Shown: piece by piece, positions 39,848 through 49,139 of the stretch
How the letters are laid out: each line of letters starts with the position of its first letter
How positions within the stretch are numbered: the stretch's first letter is position 1
Source of the DNA: Candidatus Yanofskybacteria bacterium
Lineage (GTDB): Bacteria > Patescibacteriota > Minisyncoccia > 2-02-FULL-40-12 > IGHO2-01-FULL-4-A
Direction of reading: 5' to 3'
Length of the DNA: 64,000 bases
Assembly (NCBI GenBank): GCA_016181175.1
Contig: JACOZV010000001.1
Coordinates: 259,519-323,518, forward strand
The notes under the pieces: model-generated
Databases searched by the model: none
What the model was told of the DNA's origin: nothing
Seen by the model: only the letters and a program-made list of their open reading frames with translations
Program-made: the position numbers and the translations under genes

Positions 39848-40408
39848 ATGAATATTCAAAAAGTAATTTCGGAGACGAGAGATATATTTCTCAAGTCGGA
39901 CGTGTCTTTACCGCTTTTGCTTAAAATAAAAACCACCGAGCTGGTTTTGAATCTTATGGCCCATCAAAAAAATTTTGGTCTTTTTATAATACTTGGCTGG
40001 CAGGATAAATGGCAGGAATATACGGATATTTCTGATGCCGCTCAGGATATTTTTGTTGCTCACCGCATAAACCTGAACGATATAGAAAATCACTCTGATT
40101 GGTATCTTGAGGTGGAGTCTACGGTTGGTTTTGACGGTGCTATCCTGATAGATGGTAACGGCGTGATACAACACTCCGGCGTTATATTGGAAGGTTTGCG
40201 TCCCCGAATGGTTGCCGACGCGATAAATCCGGGTCAGTTCAAGGACTTGTCAGAACAGTTTGGTTTCAAGCAAAAAGTCCATTCAAGACATCTTTTTGCC
40301 ATTACTTCTTCTCATGTTTTTAAAAATACCGCCGTTTTTACTGTTTCTGAAGAGAACAACACTTTCCACATTTTTGAAGCCGGAAAGATTGTTTACTCAA
40401 CAGACTGA
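39848..40408 (+). CDS. hypothetical protein, possible DisA_N/diadenylate-cyclase-like domain (tentative)
   Basis: FDGAILIDGNGVI...RHLFAIT weakly resembles DAC DGA/RHR motifs. Confidence 0.3.
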   Translation: MNIQKVISETRDIFLKSDVSLPLLLKIKTTELVLNLMAHQKNFGLFIILGWQDKWQEYTDISDAAQDIFVAHRINLNDIENHSDWYLEVESTVGFDGAILIDGNGVIQHSGVILEGLRPRMVADAINPGQFKDLSEQFGFKQKVHSRHLFAITSSHVFKNTAVFTVSEENNTFHIFEAGKIVYSTD

Positions 40409-40794
40409 TGCAATTTAAACCTCCTAAAAACGACGATAAATACCAGTGGACTAACCATGTTAAAGGCAAGATGGTTTATTACGGGATTTCTGAAAGTTTA
40501 ATAAAACGTATAACTAGATTTCCTAAACGTAAAGAAGTTGGCATTGCGACCAATACCGTTGCAGTTATGCAGTCGACTAGCAACAAGAATAAACCGCAAG
40601 AAGTGTGGGTGATGTTTCAACCCGTGGGTTCTGGACGCACAAGTAACAATAAGTCACCGGTTTTTGATTTCAAGCAAAATAAGATAAGAATAATTTCCGC
40701 GTGGCGTTACCCCGGCGTAAGTCCGGTTGGCAAAACCGTACCCATACCCGATGAAATTTTACAGGAACTTAGCAATTTGATAGAGTTGGCTTAA
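40408..40794 (+). CDS. hypothetical protein
   Basis: 128-aa ORF overlapping upstream stop. Confidence 0.4.
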   Translation: MQFKPPKNDDKYQWTNHVKGKMVYYGISESLIKRITRFPKRKEVGIATNTVAVMQSTSNKNKPQEVWVMFQPVGSGRTSNNKSPVFDFKQNKIRIISAWRYPGVSPVGKTVPIPDEILQELSNLIELA

Positions 40795-40795
40795 C

Positions 40796-41476
40796 ATGAA
40801 AATTTTAGTTTTACTTTTCGCAATAGCGGTCGTAGCCCTTGGTGGTTATTTTGCCATGAAGAAAGGTGGTGGCGTCAATGTAAGCGCATCGCCAGAGCCG
40901 TCACCGACACCGACTGCTCCTGTAGACATTCAGTCACAAGAACCATTGCCAGATGTAGTCAAAGCCATACTGGTAACCGCTCGCGGCAATATTGAGCTTG
41001 AACTTTACCAGAAAGTGGCGCCCAAAACCGTTGCTAACTTTGTAAAATTAGCCGCATCGGGTTTCTACGATGGCACCAAGTTTCATCGGGTCATTGACGA
41101 TTTTATGATACAAGGGGGCGATCCATTATCTAAAACTGACGATCCTCGCGTGGGCACAGGCGGGCCCGGTTATCAATTTGAAGACGAAATTAACCTCAAA
41201 TCACTTGGCGCTCCGGATGAACTAATTGCCCAATATGAAGCGCAAGGTTATAAATATAGCAACATCCTTCAGTCATTGCCTGTGGATCCGGGTTACATTG
41301 CCATGGCTAATGCCGGACCTAATACCAATGGCAGTCAGTTTTTTATCGTGACAACTAAACCCCAACAACATCTCTATGGCAAACACACGGTATTTGGCAA
41401 AGTGGTTAAGGGAATGGATGTGGTGTTAAAAATCAAACAGGGAGATTTATTAAAGAAGGCAGTTGTTAATTTTTAA
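40796..41476 (+). CDS. cyclophilin-type peptidyl-prolyl cis-trans isomerase, membrane-anchored/secreted
   Basis: [22 protein letters not shown]. Confidence 0.85.
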   Translation: MKILVLLFAIAVVALGGYFAMKKGGGVNVSASPEPSPTPTAPVDIQSQEPLPDVVKAILVTARGNIELELYQKVAPKTVANFVKLAASGFYDGTKFHRVIDDFMIQGGDPLSKTDDPRVGTGGPGYQFEDEINLKSLGAPDELIAQYEAQGYKYSNILQSLPVDPGYIAMANAGPNTNGSQFFIVTTKPQQHLYGKHTVFGKVVKGMDVVLKIKQGDLLKKAVVNF

Positions 41477-41525
41477 ACATTGATATTTATTTAAAAATTA
41501 AAAATTGGAAATTAAAAATTCTTGA
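41476..41525. promoter_or_regulatory. AT-rich repeat motif ttaaaaattaaaaattggaaattaaaaatt (shared with 49060-49139 in opposite orientation)
   Basis: ~30-bp near-identical block. Confidence 0.5.
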
Positions 41526-42233
41526 ATGTCGTTTGTAAGAACCTCAAAACTACTAAAAATATCCCGCGCCAATATTCAGCTGATGAAAGAATGTCCGCGC
41601 TGTTTTTGGTTATACAAGCATAAGGGTATCGGTCGGCCGCAGGGCTATCCGTACACGCTTTCAATAGCAGTAGACCAGTTGCTTAAGCATGAGTTTGACG
41701 AGTATCGGGAGAGGGGAGAGATGCACCCGGTTTTAGTTGGATTTGATGGGCTGGCGGAAGCTCATCTTTTTTCTGACCAAGGACAGCTTCAAAAGTGGCG
41801 CAATAATTTTGAAGGACTTAAATACCACGACGAGGGTCTGGATGCCACGCTTTTCGGTGCGGTTGACGATATGTTGGAGTTTTCCGATGGTTCGCTTGCG
41901 GTGATAGATTATAAATCTTCAGGTGCCAAGGAAATATCCGTTTATGATGATTACAAAATGCAGATGGATGTCTATACGTATATTTTGGAACAACTCGGTT
42001 ATAAGACTGCCCGAAAAGGGTATTTCGTATTTTTTCAGGTAGACAAAACAGACGGTTTTAGAGGGCGTTTGCCGTTTCGTGGTGAAATACGTGATGTGGA
42101 TGCTGATCCAAGCTATATTTATGATCTTTTTGCTAAGGCCGTTACCTTGGCTCGTTCAGACAATCCACCTCCGTCTCATGCCGAGTGTCAATATTGTATG
42201 TATGCGGAGCACCATAAACATATAAATGAATAA
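41526..42233 (+). CDS. PD-(D/E)xK nuclease, Cas4/RecB-nuclease-like with Cys cluster
   Basis: N-terminal CPRCFWL, VIDYKS (D-x-K), C-terminal CQYCMY. Confidence 0.6.
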   Translation: MSFVRTSKLLKISRANIQLMKECPRCFWLYKHKGIGRPQGYPYTLSIAVDQLLKHEFDEYRERGEMHPVLVGFDGLAEAHLFSDQGQLQKWRNNFEGLKYHDEGLDATLFGAVDDMLEFSDGSLAVIDYKSSGAKEISVYDDYKMQMDVYTYILEQLGYKTARKGYFVFFQVDKTDGFRGRLPFRGEIRDVDADPSYIYDLFAKAVTLARSDNPPPSHAECQYCMYAEHHKHINE

Positions 42234-43689
42234 AATGGTTGATAAAAAACCAAAACTTACCGGCGAACATTTTTATAAATTTTTCCAATGTCCGCATTGG
42301 ATTTGGTATGATATCTATGCCGATCAAACCAAAAAGGGTGGAATTCCTCCTCTGATAGAGATGATTCACCGGGGCGGTCTCAAGCATGAAAAAGAAATGA
42401 TCCAGACGCGCAAGTTTGAAGAAATAAAGCCGGAACTTTTTCGCGATCTTGATGAAGCTTTTTTGTCTACGCTTGAGCTGATGAAACAAGGGAAAAATAT
42501 CTACCACGGTGTGTTGATGGATCAGAATTGGGTTGGCATTCCGGACCTGCTTGAAGCGCGGCCAGTGGAGAAAGGAATGAAATCTAACTTTGGTGACCAT
42601 TACTATGTTGTATATGATGTTAAAACCGGCAAAGAAATGCGTGACGAATACAAATTCCAGCTGGTTTTCTACAGTTTAATTTTGGAACGACTGCAGGGGG
42701 TTTTGCCGCGCGATGCTTTTATCGTCAACTCTGACGGCGAGGAGCGTTCATTCATGGTTGATGACTTTCTTGACTATTTTCACTTGACCAGGGAGAGAAT
42801 TGAACGAGTTTTGGCCGGCGAAAAACCGCCACCATTTCTTAAAAGTGGCTGCAAGCAATCGCCATGGTATTCACTTTGTGTTGATGAGACAAAGGGTTGC
42901 GACGATGTCTCGTTGATTTACAGGTTGAGCCAGAACGACCAACGGCGTTTTTATGAACTTGGTATACATAGCGTAAAAGATTTGGCTTCAGCCGATTTGG
43001 ATAACTTACGTTCGCGGCTTGAAGACTGGCCGTTTGATAAAATCCTGCGTTTTTATAATCAGGCCCAAGTACTGGTTTCAAACGAGCCAAAAGTTCTCAA
43101 GAAAAGCGAGTTTCCTCAAGTAGAAAACGAAATATATTTTGATATTGAATCTGATCCAACGGAGGGCATCGATTATCTTTTTGGGATGCTCATAAAAAGC
43201 GGAAACAAAAAACCCGAATACAAATATTTTTTGGCACAGGATAAAAAGGACGAGGAAAGGGTGTGGCGTGATTTTTTGGATTTTCTCGAATCTCTTAATG
43301 ACTTTGTCATTTATCACTATTCTTATTACGAAAGAGAAGTTTTTAAGCGTTTGGGCAATGAATATGGTATTTCAGTGGCGCTTGAAGATAAGTTCAAAAA
43401 TAATACAATTGATTTACACTGGAAATTTATTGAAGCAGCAGTTTTGCCAATTTATTTTTACAGCCTAAAAGATGTTGCCAAGTATCTTGGCTTCAAATGG
43501 CAGGCCGATGACGCTGGCGGAGCAGAATCGGTGGTTTGGTACAATGATTGGTTGCAGAAGCATGACCAAAAAATCATGGACAAAATCATCAAATATAATG
43601 AGGACGATGTAAAAGCTACACTGTTTCTCAAGGAGTGGTTGGATAAACAAAAACCCCGAACAAGCAAGGAGCGACTGCCGGAAGACTAG
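42226..43689 (+). CDS. RecB-family nuclease (TM0106-like) with C-terminal RNase-H-like 3'-5' exonuclease (YprB-like) domain
   Basis: CPHWIWY, YDVKTGKEMRDEYKFQL; IYFDIESDP...YHYSYYE. Confidence 0.55.
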   Translation: MNKMVDKKPKLTGEHFYKFFQCPHWIWYDIYADQTKKGGIPPLIEMIHRGGLKHEKEMIQTRKFEEIKPELFRDLDEAFLSTLELMKQGKNIYHGVLMDQNWVGIPDLLEARPVEKGMKSNFGDHYYVVYDVKTGKEMRDEYKFQLVFYSLILERLQGVLPRDAFIVNSDGEERSFMVDDFLDYFHLTRERIERVLAGEKPPPFLKSGCKQSPWYSLCVDETKGCDDVSLIYRLSQNDQRRFYELGIHSVKDLASADLDNLRSRLEDWPFDKILRFYNQAQVLVSNEPKVLKKSEFPQVENEIYFDIESDPTEGIDYLFGMLIKSGNKKPEYKYFLAQDKKDEERVWRDFLDFLESLNDFVIYHYSYYEREVFKRLGNEYGISVALEDKFKNNTIDLHWKFIEAAVLPIYFYSLKDVAKYLGFKWQADDAGGAESVVWYNDWLQKHDQKIMDKIIKYNEDDVKATLFLKEWLDKQKPRTSKERLPED

Positions 43690-43778
43690 TGTTTATATTA
43701 AAACAAGAAAAAAATCAGCTTATGCTGATTTTTTGGTGACTTGATTTTTAAATAATAGTATTTTACTATCAAATTTAA

Positions 43779-43891
43779 TCCCGTTAGAAGTCGCCCTAAC
43801 GGGTTCGCGGTCATAATTAGCAAATAATTTAAAGTCTTATTGTTTAGCCGTAACTTATGTATAAGGCTACACAGTAGCGACTTCTAACGGG
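43779..43891. repeat. family-2-related inverted repeat, ORF-less (cccgttagaagtcgc ... gcgacttctaacggg)
   Basis: arms share ccgttagaagt with 39168 copy. Confidence 0.65.
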
Positions 43892-43895
43892 ACAA

Positions 43896-45287
43896 GTGTT
43901 ACGTAGATTTACTCCATTGATAATTTTAGCCGTTGCTCTGTTTTTGGGCGTTTTTGCTTATCCTCAAGGTTGGGATATGGGCGCGGACATAGTAAATTCA
44001 AAACTCAAAATCCAAAATTCAAAATATAAGATTCCACGTATGTTTAAAATTCCGCCATTTCGTCTTGGTCTTGACCTGTTGGGCGGTACCCACTTAGTTT
44101 ATCAAGCCGATTTGTCTGGAACCGAGGGTCAAAGCGCTGGTGACGCTATGTCTGGTGTGCGTGACGTTATCGAGCGCAGAGTTAATCTTTTTGGCGTTGC
44201 AGAACCGTTGGTGCAAATTGAAGGCAACGATCGTCTTGTGGTGGAATTGGCCGGCATCAAAGATGTAAATCAGGCAATACAGATGATTGGTCAGACGCCA
44301 TTTTTGGAATTCAAAGAAGAACGTCCGTCAGAAGAGTCGCAAAAAATTATTGAAGCCCAACAAAAAGGTTCATCCAGCACCAGTTTGGACAGCCCCGAAC
44401 TGGTGCTGGACAAGCAACAGTTTGAAGATCCGTATTTTAAGCCAACCGGTTTAACCGGTCGATATCTTAAGCGTTCCCAATTGACATTTGATCAGACAAC
44501 ATCACAACCGGAGGTTTCGCTGGAATTAAACGACGACGGAGCAAAATTATTTGCTGAAATTACAAAGCGAAATATTGGGAAGCGTGTTGCAATTTATGTT
44601 GACGGCGTGGGCATAAGCGCACCGACGGTTCAAAGCGAAATTCCAAGCGGTCGTGCCGTGATCAGTGGCAGTTTTTCCATAAAAGAAGCCAGGGATTTAG
44701 TTAACAATCTTAATGCCGGGGCACTGCCGGTACCGATAAATTTAATTTCACAACAGACGGTGGGCCCTTCTTTGGGGCAGGAATCACTGCAAAAATCATT
44801 GACGGCCGGCTTATACGGATTGCTTGCGGTAGCCATTTTCATGATATTGTTTTACCGTTTGCCCGGCCTTGTGTCAGTTGTCGCTTTGTTGGTGTATGTT
44901 GCAATTGTTCTGACTGTCTATAAAGTAATTCCGGTAACGCTGACTTTGGCCGGAATAGCAGGTTTTATATTGTCTTTGGGTATGGCTGTGGATGCCAATA
45001 TTTTGATTTTTGCCAGAATGCGCGAAGAGTTAAAGGCTGGCAATTCTTTAGCACAGTCATTTGCAAGCGGTTTCCACCGAGCTTGGTACTCAATCCGTGA
45101 CAGTCACGTTACAACTTTGCTCGGCGCTTTTGTGCTGTATGCTTTTTCAACATCTGTGGTTAGGGGATTTGCTTTGACGCTTGGAATCGGAGTTTTGGCA
45201 AGTTTGTTTACGGCCATTGTTATTACTAAATCATTTTTAAGGTTGTTTATTGGACACAAAATGGAGAAAACAAAGTGGATGTTTTAA
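43896..45287 (+). CDS. secD: protein-export membrane protein SecD
   Basis: 463 aa; N-terminal TM, periplasmic domain, C-terminal 6-TM RND-like block. Confidence 0.9.
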   Translation: MLRRFTPLIILAVALFLGVFAYPQGWDMGADIVNSKLKIQNSKYKIPRMFKIPPFRLGLDLLGGTHLVYQADLSGTEGQSAGDAMSGVRDVIERRVNLFGVAEPLVQIEGNDRLVVELAGIKDVNQAIQMIGQTPFLEFKEERPSEESQKIIEAQQKGSSSTSLDSPELVLDKQQFEDPYFKPTGLTGRYLKRSQLTFDQTTSQPEVSLELNDDGAKLFAEITKRNIGKRVAIYVDGVGISAPTVQSEIPSGRAVISGSFSIKEARDLVNNLNAGALPVPINLISQQTVGPSLGQESLQKSLTAGLYGLLAVAIFMILFYRLPGLVSVVALLVYVAIVLTVYKVIPVTLTLAGIAGFILSLGMAVDANILIFARMREELKAGNSLAQSFASGFHRAWYSIRDSHVTTLLGAFVLYAFSTSVVRGFALTLGIGVLASLFTAIVITKSFLRLFIGHKMEKTKWMF

Positions 45288-45291
45288 ATAT

Positions 45292-45570
45292 GAATCCCAA
45301 ACGAGACAGCAAAACCATGTTTTATACATATGTTTTAAGAAATAAAAAAAGCCGCTTTTATGTTGGTTTTACTTATGATTTACGGAAACGCTTCAATGAA
45401 CATAATAATAAAAAATCAACTTATACAAAATATCGTGGCCCATACGAACTTATTTACTATGAAGCTTGTCTTGATGAGAATGACGCTCGTTAAAGAGAAA
45501 AGTATTTTAAATCTGGAACAGGTAAACGCTACTTCAAAAACAGATTGAAGCGTTTCCTGTCTCGTACTGG
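45292..45570 (+). mobile_element. family-3 arms enclosing a GIY-YIG ORF, inserted between secD and secF
   Basis: gaatcccaaacgagacagc after secD stop; ttcctgtctcgtactgg immediately before secF ATG. Confidence 0.6.
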
Positions 45571-45571
45571 A
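45317..45571 (+). pseudogene. GIY-YIG nuclease (YhbQ-like) interrupted by in-frame TAA at codon 59; would otherwise end ATGA-overlapped with secF
   Basis: FYTYVLRNKKSRFYVGFTYDLRKRFNEHN...YELIYYEACLDENDAR-stop-REKYFKSGTGKRYFKNRLKRFL. Confidence 0.6.
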
Positions 45572-46461
45572 TGAAACCCATATATACAATTATGTTTTTT
45601 ATTTCCATGGCGCTGACTGTCGCGGCCGTTATTTTGGTGGCAGTTTTTGGTTTGCGTTTTGGGGTAGATTTCAAGGGCGGCTCTTTACTGGAAATTGCCT
45701 TTGTTAATCCTCGTCCATCAACCGGAGAAATACAAAATATTATAAGCGGGATTGACGGTGTCAAAAACATAAATGTAAATCCGGTGGGTGACAACGGTGC
45801 TTTAATAAGGCTAAATGATATCAATGAGCAGACTCATCAAGATATTTTAACTAAGATTTCCGGAAGTTTTGGTGAGATAATGGAAAATCGCTTTGATTCC
45901 ATAGGTCCTGTAGTCGGCAATGAGTTGAGAGATAAGAGCGTTAAGGCAATAGTAATTTTATTAATAGCTATAATTATTTATCTCGCTTTTGTTTTTAGGA
46001 AAATTTCACGCGTTCTTTCCTCTTGGGCTATGGGTTTAGCTGCCATTGTTGCGCTGGTTCATGATGTTATTATACCCGTTGGCGTTTTTGCGTTACTTGG
46101 GCATTATTATGGAATTGAGATTACGGCAATTTTTGTGGCGGCCGCATTAACTATTTTGGGGTATTCGCTTTCTGACTCCGTTGTTATTTTTGATAGAGTA
46201 AGAGAAAACGTGCTTCGTTTGGGCATTTCTCATCAAAGTTTCGGAGCACTTGTCCACAAAAGTGTCTTACAAACCCTGGTCCGTTCCATTAATACGACCC
46301 TCACAACGCTATTTTCTCTGATTGTGATTTACTTTTTTGGAGGAGAATCAATAAAATACTTTTCTTTAGCCCTAATTATAGGTATTTTTTCAGGCGCTTA
46401 TTCTTCAATTTTTGTTGCTTCTCCGATTCTAGTTTGGCTTAGCAATCGACGCAAGAGTTAA
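45571..46461 (+). CDS. secF: protein-export membrane protein SecF
   Basis: 296 aa, 6-TM SecF pattern. Confidence 0.9.
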   Translation: MKPIYTIMFFISMALTVAAVILVAVFGLRFGVDFKGGSLLEIAFVNPRPSTGEIQNIISGIDGVKNINVNPVGDNGALIRLNDINEQTHQDILTKISGSFGEIMENRFDSIGPVVGNELRDKSVKAIVILLIAIIIYLAFVFRKISRVLSSWAMGLAAIVALVHDVIIPVGVFALLGHYYGIEITAIFVAAALTILGYSLSDSVVIFDRVRENVLRLGISHQSFGALVHKSVLQTLVRSINTTLTTLFSLIVIYFFGGESIKYFSLALIIGIFSGAYSSIFVASPILVWLSNRRKS

Positions 46462-46628
46462 AAAATATGGTGGTATTGACATGTCAGGCGCACGGTTATA
46501 TGTTGATATGTTAAGCAGTTGACCCATTTAAAACTATATGGTATCTTTATAAATAACAACCAACTAATGGTTAGAAAATAGTAATAATTAGTTTACTTTT
46601 TACTATTATTTGTTGGCATAAGTGATAC

Positions 46629-47684
46629 TTGACAAATTTGAATAGTACAATCAGGGGGGTAGTCGGACAGGTGCTTTATGTTTTAAACACCAGAAATAAG
46701 GATGTGATATCCCGGCGTTTTGGTTTGAAAACCGGCAAAAAAGAGACGCTGGAATCGATTGGTAAAAGCTACGGTATTACTCGTGAAAGAGTCAGGCAGA
46801 TTGAAGAAGCATCGCTAAAGCAGATTAGGGAAAATTTAAATTCCAGCCTGGCCAGTAAGGTGAAGCCCTTTGTTGACCTTGCTGAAAACACTCTTGAACA
46901 AGCCGGAGGTGTAACCAGCGAAGATAATCTTTTTGCAAAGTTTTCGGGTGTTGCTAAAGAAAATCCGGCCAATGCTACACTAGTCTTTTTTCTTTCTTTG
47001 GATGGCAGACTCAGGAAATTTATTGAGACTGATGATTTTAATACTTTTTGGGCATTATCCGATCAGCATGCCGAATCATTTAATAAGTCCATTTTTGCTT
47101 TTATCGACGCTCTAAAAAAGTTAGGGACGCCAATTGCCGAATCGGCAGTTGTCGATTTTTATAAGAAATCTGGTGCCACCCTCAAAGATGTAACGTCTGC
47201 AACTGTTGCTTCTTTTATTTCAGTTTCTAAGAATATTGCCAAAAACAACTTTGGCCAGCTTGGTTTGACTAGTTGGCCTGACATAAAACCTCGTGGCGTA
47301 AAAGATAAGGCCTTTCTTGTGCTTAAGCGTGATGGTAAGCCCCGACATTTCAGGGAAATAACCCAATTGATTAATACGTCAAGTTTTGGTAACCGCAAGG
47401 CTAATGTACAAACAGTTCACAACGAACTAATCAAGGACAAAAGATTTGTTTTAGTTGGCCGCGGTTTATACGGTTTGACCGAATGGGGATATAAGGCGGG
47501 AACCGTTAAAGATGTTATAGTTGACATATTGCGTTCTACCGGTCAGCCCATGCATAAAAAAGACATTGTAACCCAGGTTTTATCTAATCGTATGGTTAAA
47601 GAAAATACGATTCTTTTAAATTTACAGAACCCCAAAGTCTTTGAAAGAAAAGGCAATGGAGTCTACGCACTTAAAGAAGCATAA
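46629..47684 (+). CDS. sigma-70 region-4-like HTH protein with C-terminal HARE-HTH-like domain
   Basis: ETLESIGKSYGITRERVRQIEEASLKQIR; C-terminal KKDIV...GVYALKE. Confidence 0.55.
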   Translation: MTNLNSTIRGVVGQVLYVLNTRNKDVISRRFGLKTGKKETLESIGKSYGITRERVRQIEEASLKQIRENLNSSLASKVKPFVDLAENTLEQAGGVTSEDNLFAKFSGVAKENPANATLVFFLSLDGRLRKFIETDDFNTFWALSDQHAESFNKSIFAFIDALKKLGTPIAESAVVDFYKKSGATLKDVTSATVASFISVSKNIAKNNFGQLGLTSWPDIKPRGVKDKAFLVLKRDGKPRHFREITQLINTSSFGNRKANVQTVHNELIKDKRFVLVGRGLYGLTEWGYKAGTVKDVIVDILRSTGQPMHKKDIVTQVLSNRMVKENTILLNLQNPKVFERKGNGVYALKEA

Positions 47685-47690
47685 ATGCTT

Positions 47691-47768
47691 CCAGTAAACG
47701 GTAATCAGTAACCAGTAATCAGTAATTTATTTTTTGATTTTTCCAGTTACCAGTTACGAGTTACTAAT
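47691..47768. repeat. inverted arrays of agtaacc/agtaatc heptamers around a T-run
   Basis: taatcagtaaccagtaatcagtaat ... ccagttaccagttacgagttactaat. Confidence 0.7.
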
Positions 47769-47779
47769 TACTTTGTATT

Positions 47780-49057
47780 TTGTTCTACGACGTTTTTAGT
47801 CCACTAAAAACCGCTTTTTCTCTTATCTTGCTCTATTGGTGGATTTTCACCCCGTTTTTATTTTTTTTCGGCGCACTTGACGGCTGGCTTTTTTATAAAA
47901 GAAAAAAGCACCTGCTCTCCATCAGGTGGGTTTTACTTGAGGTTAAGCCTCCACCTGACGTCCAAAAAAGTCCCAAAATAGCTGAAAATATATTTTCTGG
48001 CCTTCACGCTGTTTATTCGGGACCAAAAAGCTGGAAGGACAAATTTTTTAAAGGCGAAGTTCAGCCCTGGTTTTCGTTTGAAATCGTTGGCAATGGCGGT
48101 GAAATTAACTTTTATGTCAGGACACCAGAAGACCTGCGCAACTTAGTCGAAGCTCAAATTTTCGCGCAGTATCCAGACGCGGAAATTAAAATTGCTGATG
48201 ATTACATAAGCCAACTTCCCGAGCATTTGCCCAACAATGACTATGATATGTTCGGCACCGAACTCGTATTTTCAAAACCAAACGCCTATCCAGTCAAAAC
48301 GTATCCGTTTTTTGAAGAGGAGTCCGGCAAGGACGAATTCAGGCGGACGGATCCACTGGCACCGCTTGCAGAAATAATGAGTGCGTTGGAATCAGGCGAG
48401 CACATCTGGGTGCAGCTTTTAATAAGGGCTACTGGCGATGCGTGGGTTAAAGAAGCAAAGATTGAGATAGACAAACTAGTCGGCAAAGAGCCAAAAATTG
48501 AACGCGATGCGCTTGGCAAAGCTGTTGACTTTGTGGACCAGCTTTTGCCTGGCGGAACACCACCGCAGGAAGAAAAGAAAAAAGAAGATTTTTCACCGCA
48601 AAAACTTACGCCGGGTCAGAAATTTACTCTTGAACAGGTTGAAAATAAAATTTCAAAACTGGGCTTCAAATCCGGTTATAGATTTTTTTACATTGCGCGC
48701 AAAGACCGTTTTCATGGGTCACATATTTCAGCGGTTATGGGCATGTTCAAACAGCTTTATTTCAATAACCTTAACAGTTTCAAACCCAATAAAAGGGTTA
48801 TTACCAAGGACAAAGGATGGTTCCCATGGCTTTTCCCTTCGGAAAAAGGATTTTTTTATCGTGAACGTGAATATAGGCGCAAGGAGTATCTTTATCAGAA
48901 ATACCGCGAGAGGGCTTTTGTCGACCAGTTTATAATTTTAAACACTGAAGAACTAGCCACATTATTCCATTTGCCTGGCATTGGCGTGAAGGCGCCGGCA
49001 TTTCCAAGGGTTGAAGCGAAGAAGGGGCAACCGCCTGCCGGTTTACCAACAGGGTAG
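47780..49057 (+). CDS. hypothetical membrane-anchored protein
   Basis: N-terminal TM helices; 425 aa. Confidence 0.45.
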   Translation: MFYDVFSPLKTAFSLILLYWWIFTPFLFFFGALDGWLFYKRKKHLLSIRWVLLEVKPPPDVQKSPKIAENIFSGLHAVYSGPKSWKDKFFKGEVQPWFSFEIVGNGGEINFYVRTPEDLRNLVEAQIFAQYPDAEIKIADDYISQLPEHLPNNDYDMFGTELVFSKPNAYPVKTYPFFEEESGKDEFRRTDPLAPLAEIMSALESGEHIWVQLLIRATGDAWVKEAKIEIDKLVGKEPKIERDALGKAVDFVDQLLPGGTPPQEEKKKEDFSPQKLTPGQKFTLEQVENKISKLGFKSGYRFFYIARKDRFHGSHISAVMGMFKQLYFNNLNSFKPNKRVITKDKGWFPWLFPSEKGFFYREREYRRKEYLYQKYRERAFVDQFIILNTEELATLFHLPGIGVKAPAFPRVEAKKGQPPAGLPTG

Positions 49058-49059
49058 AA

Positions 49060-49139
49060 TGTTGATAATTTTTAATTTCCAATTTTTAATTTTTAAACAT
49101 TAGAAATTATTTATAAAATTAAAAATTTAAAAATTTTTC
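49060..49139. promoter_or_regulatory. AT-rich repeat motif (inverted copy of 41476-41525 block)
   Basis: aatttccaatttttaatttttaa. Confidence 0.5.

Noticed and set aside
45491-45493. In-frame TAA in GIY-YIG ORF as evidence of stop-codon reassignment
   Set aside because: It is a single case, the intact paralogue at 9199 terminates normally, and all housekeeping genes end at standard stops. Pseudogene or sequencing error is more likely.
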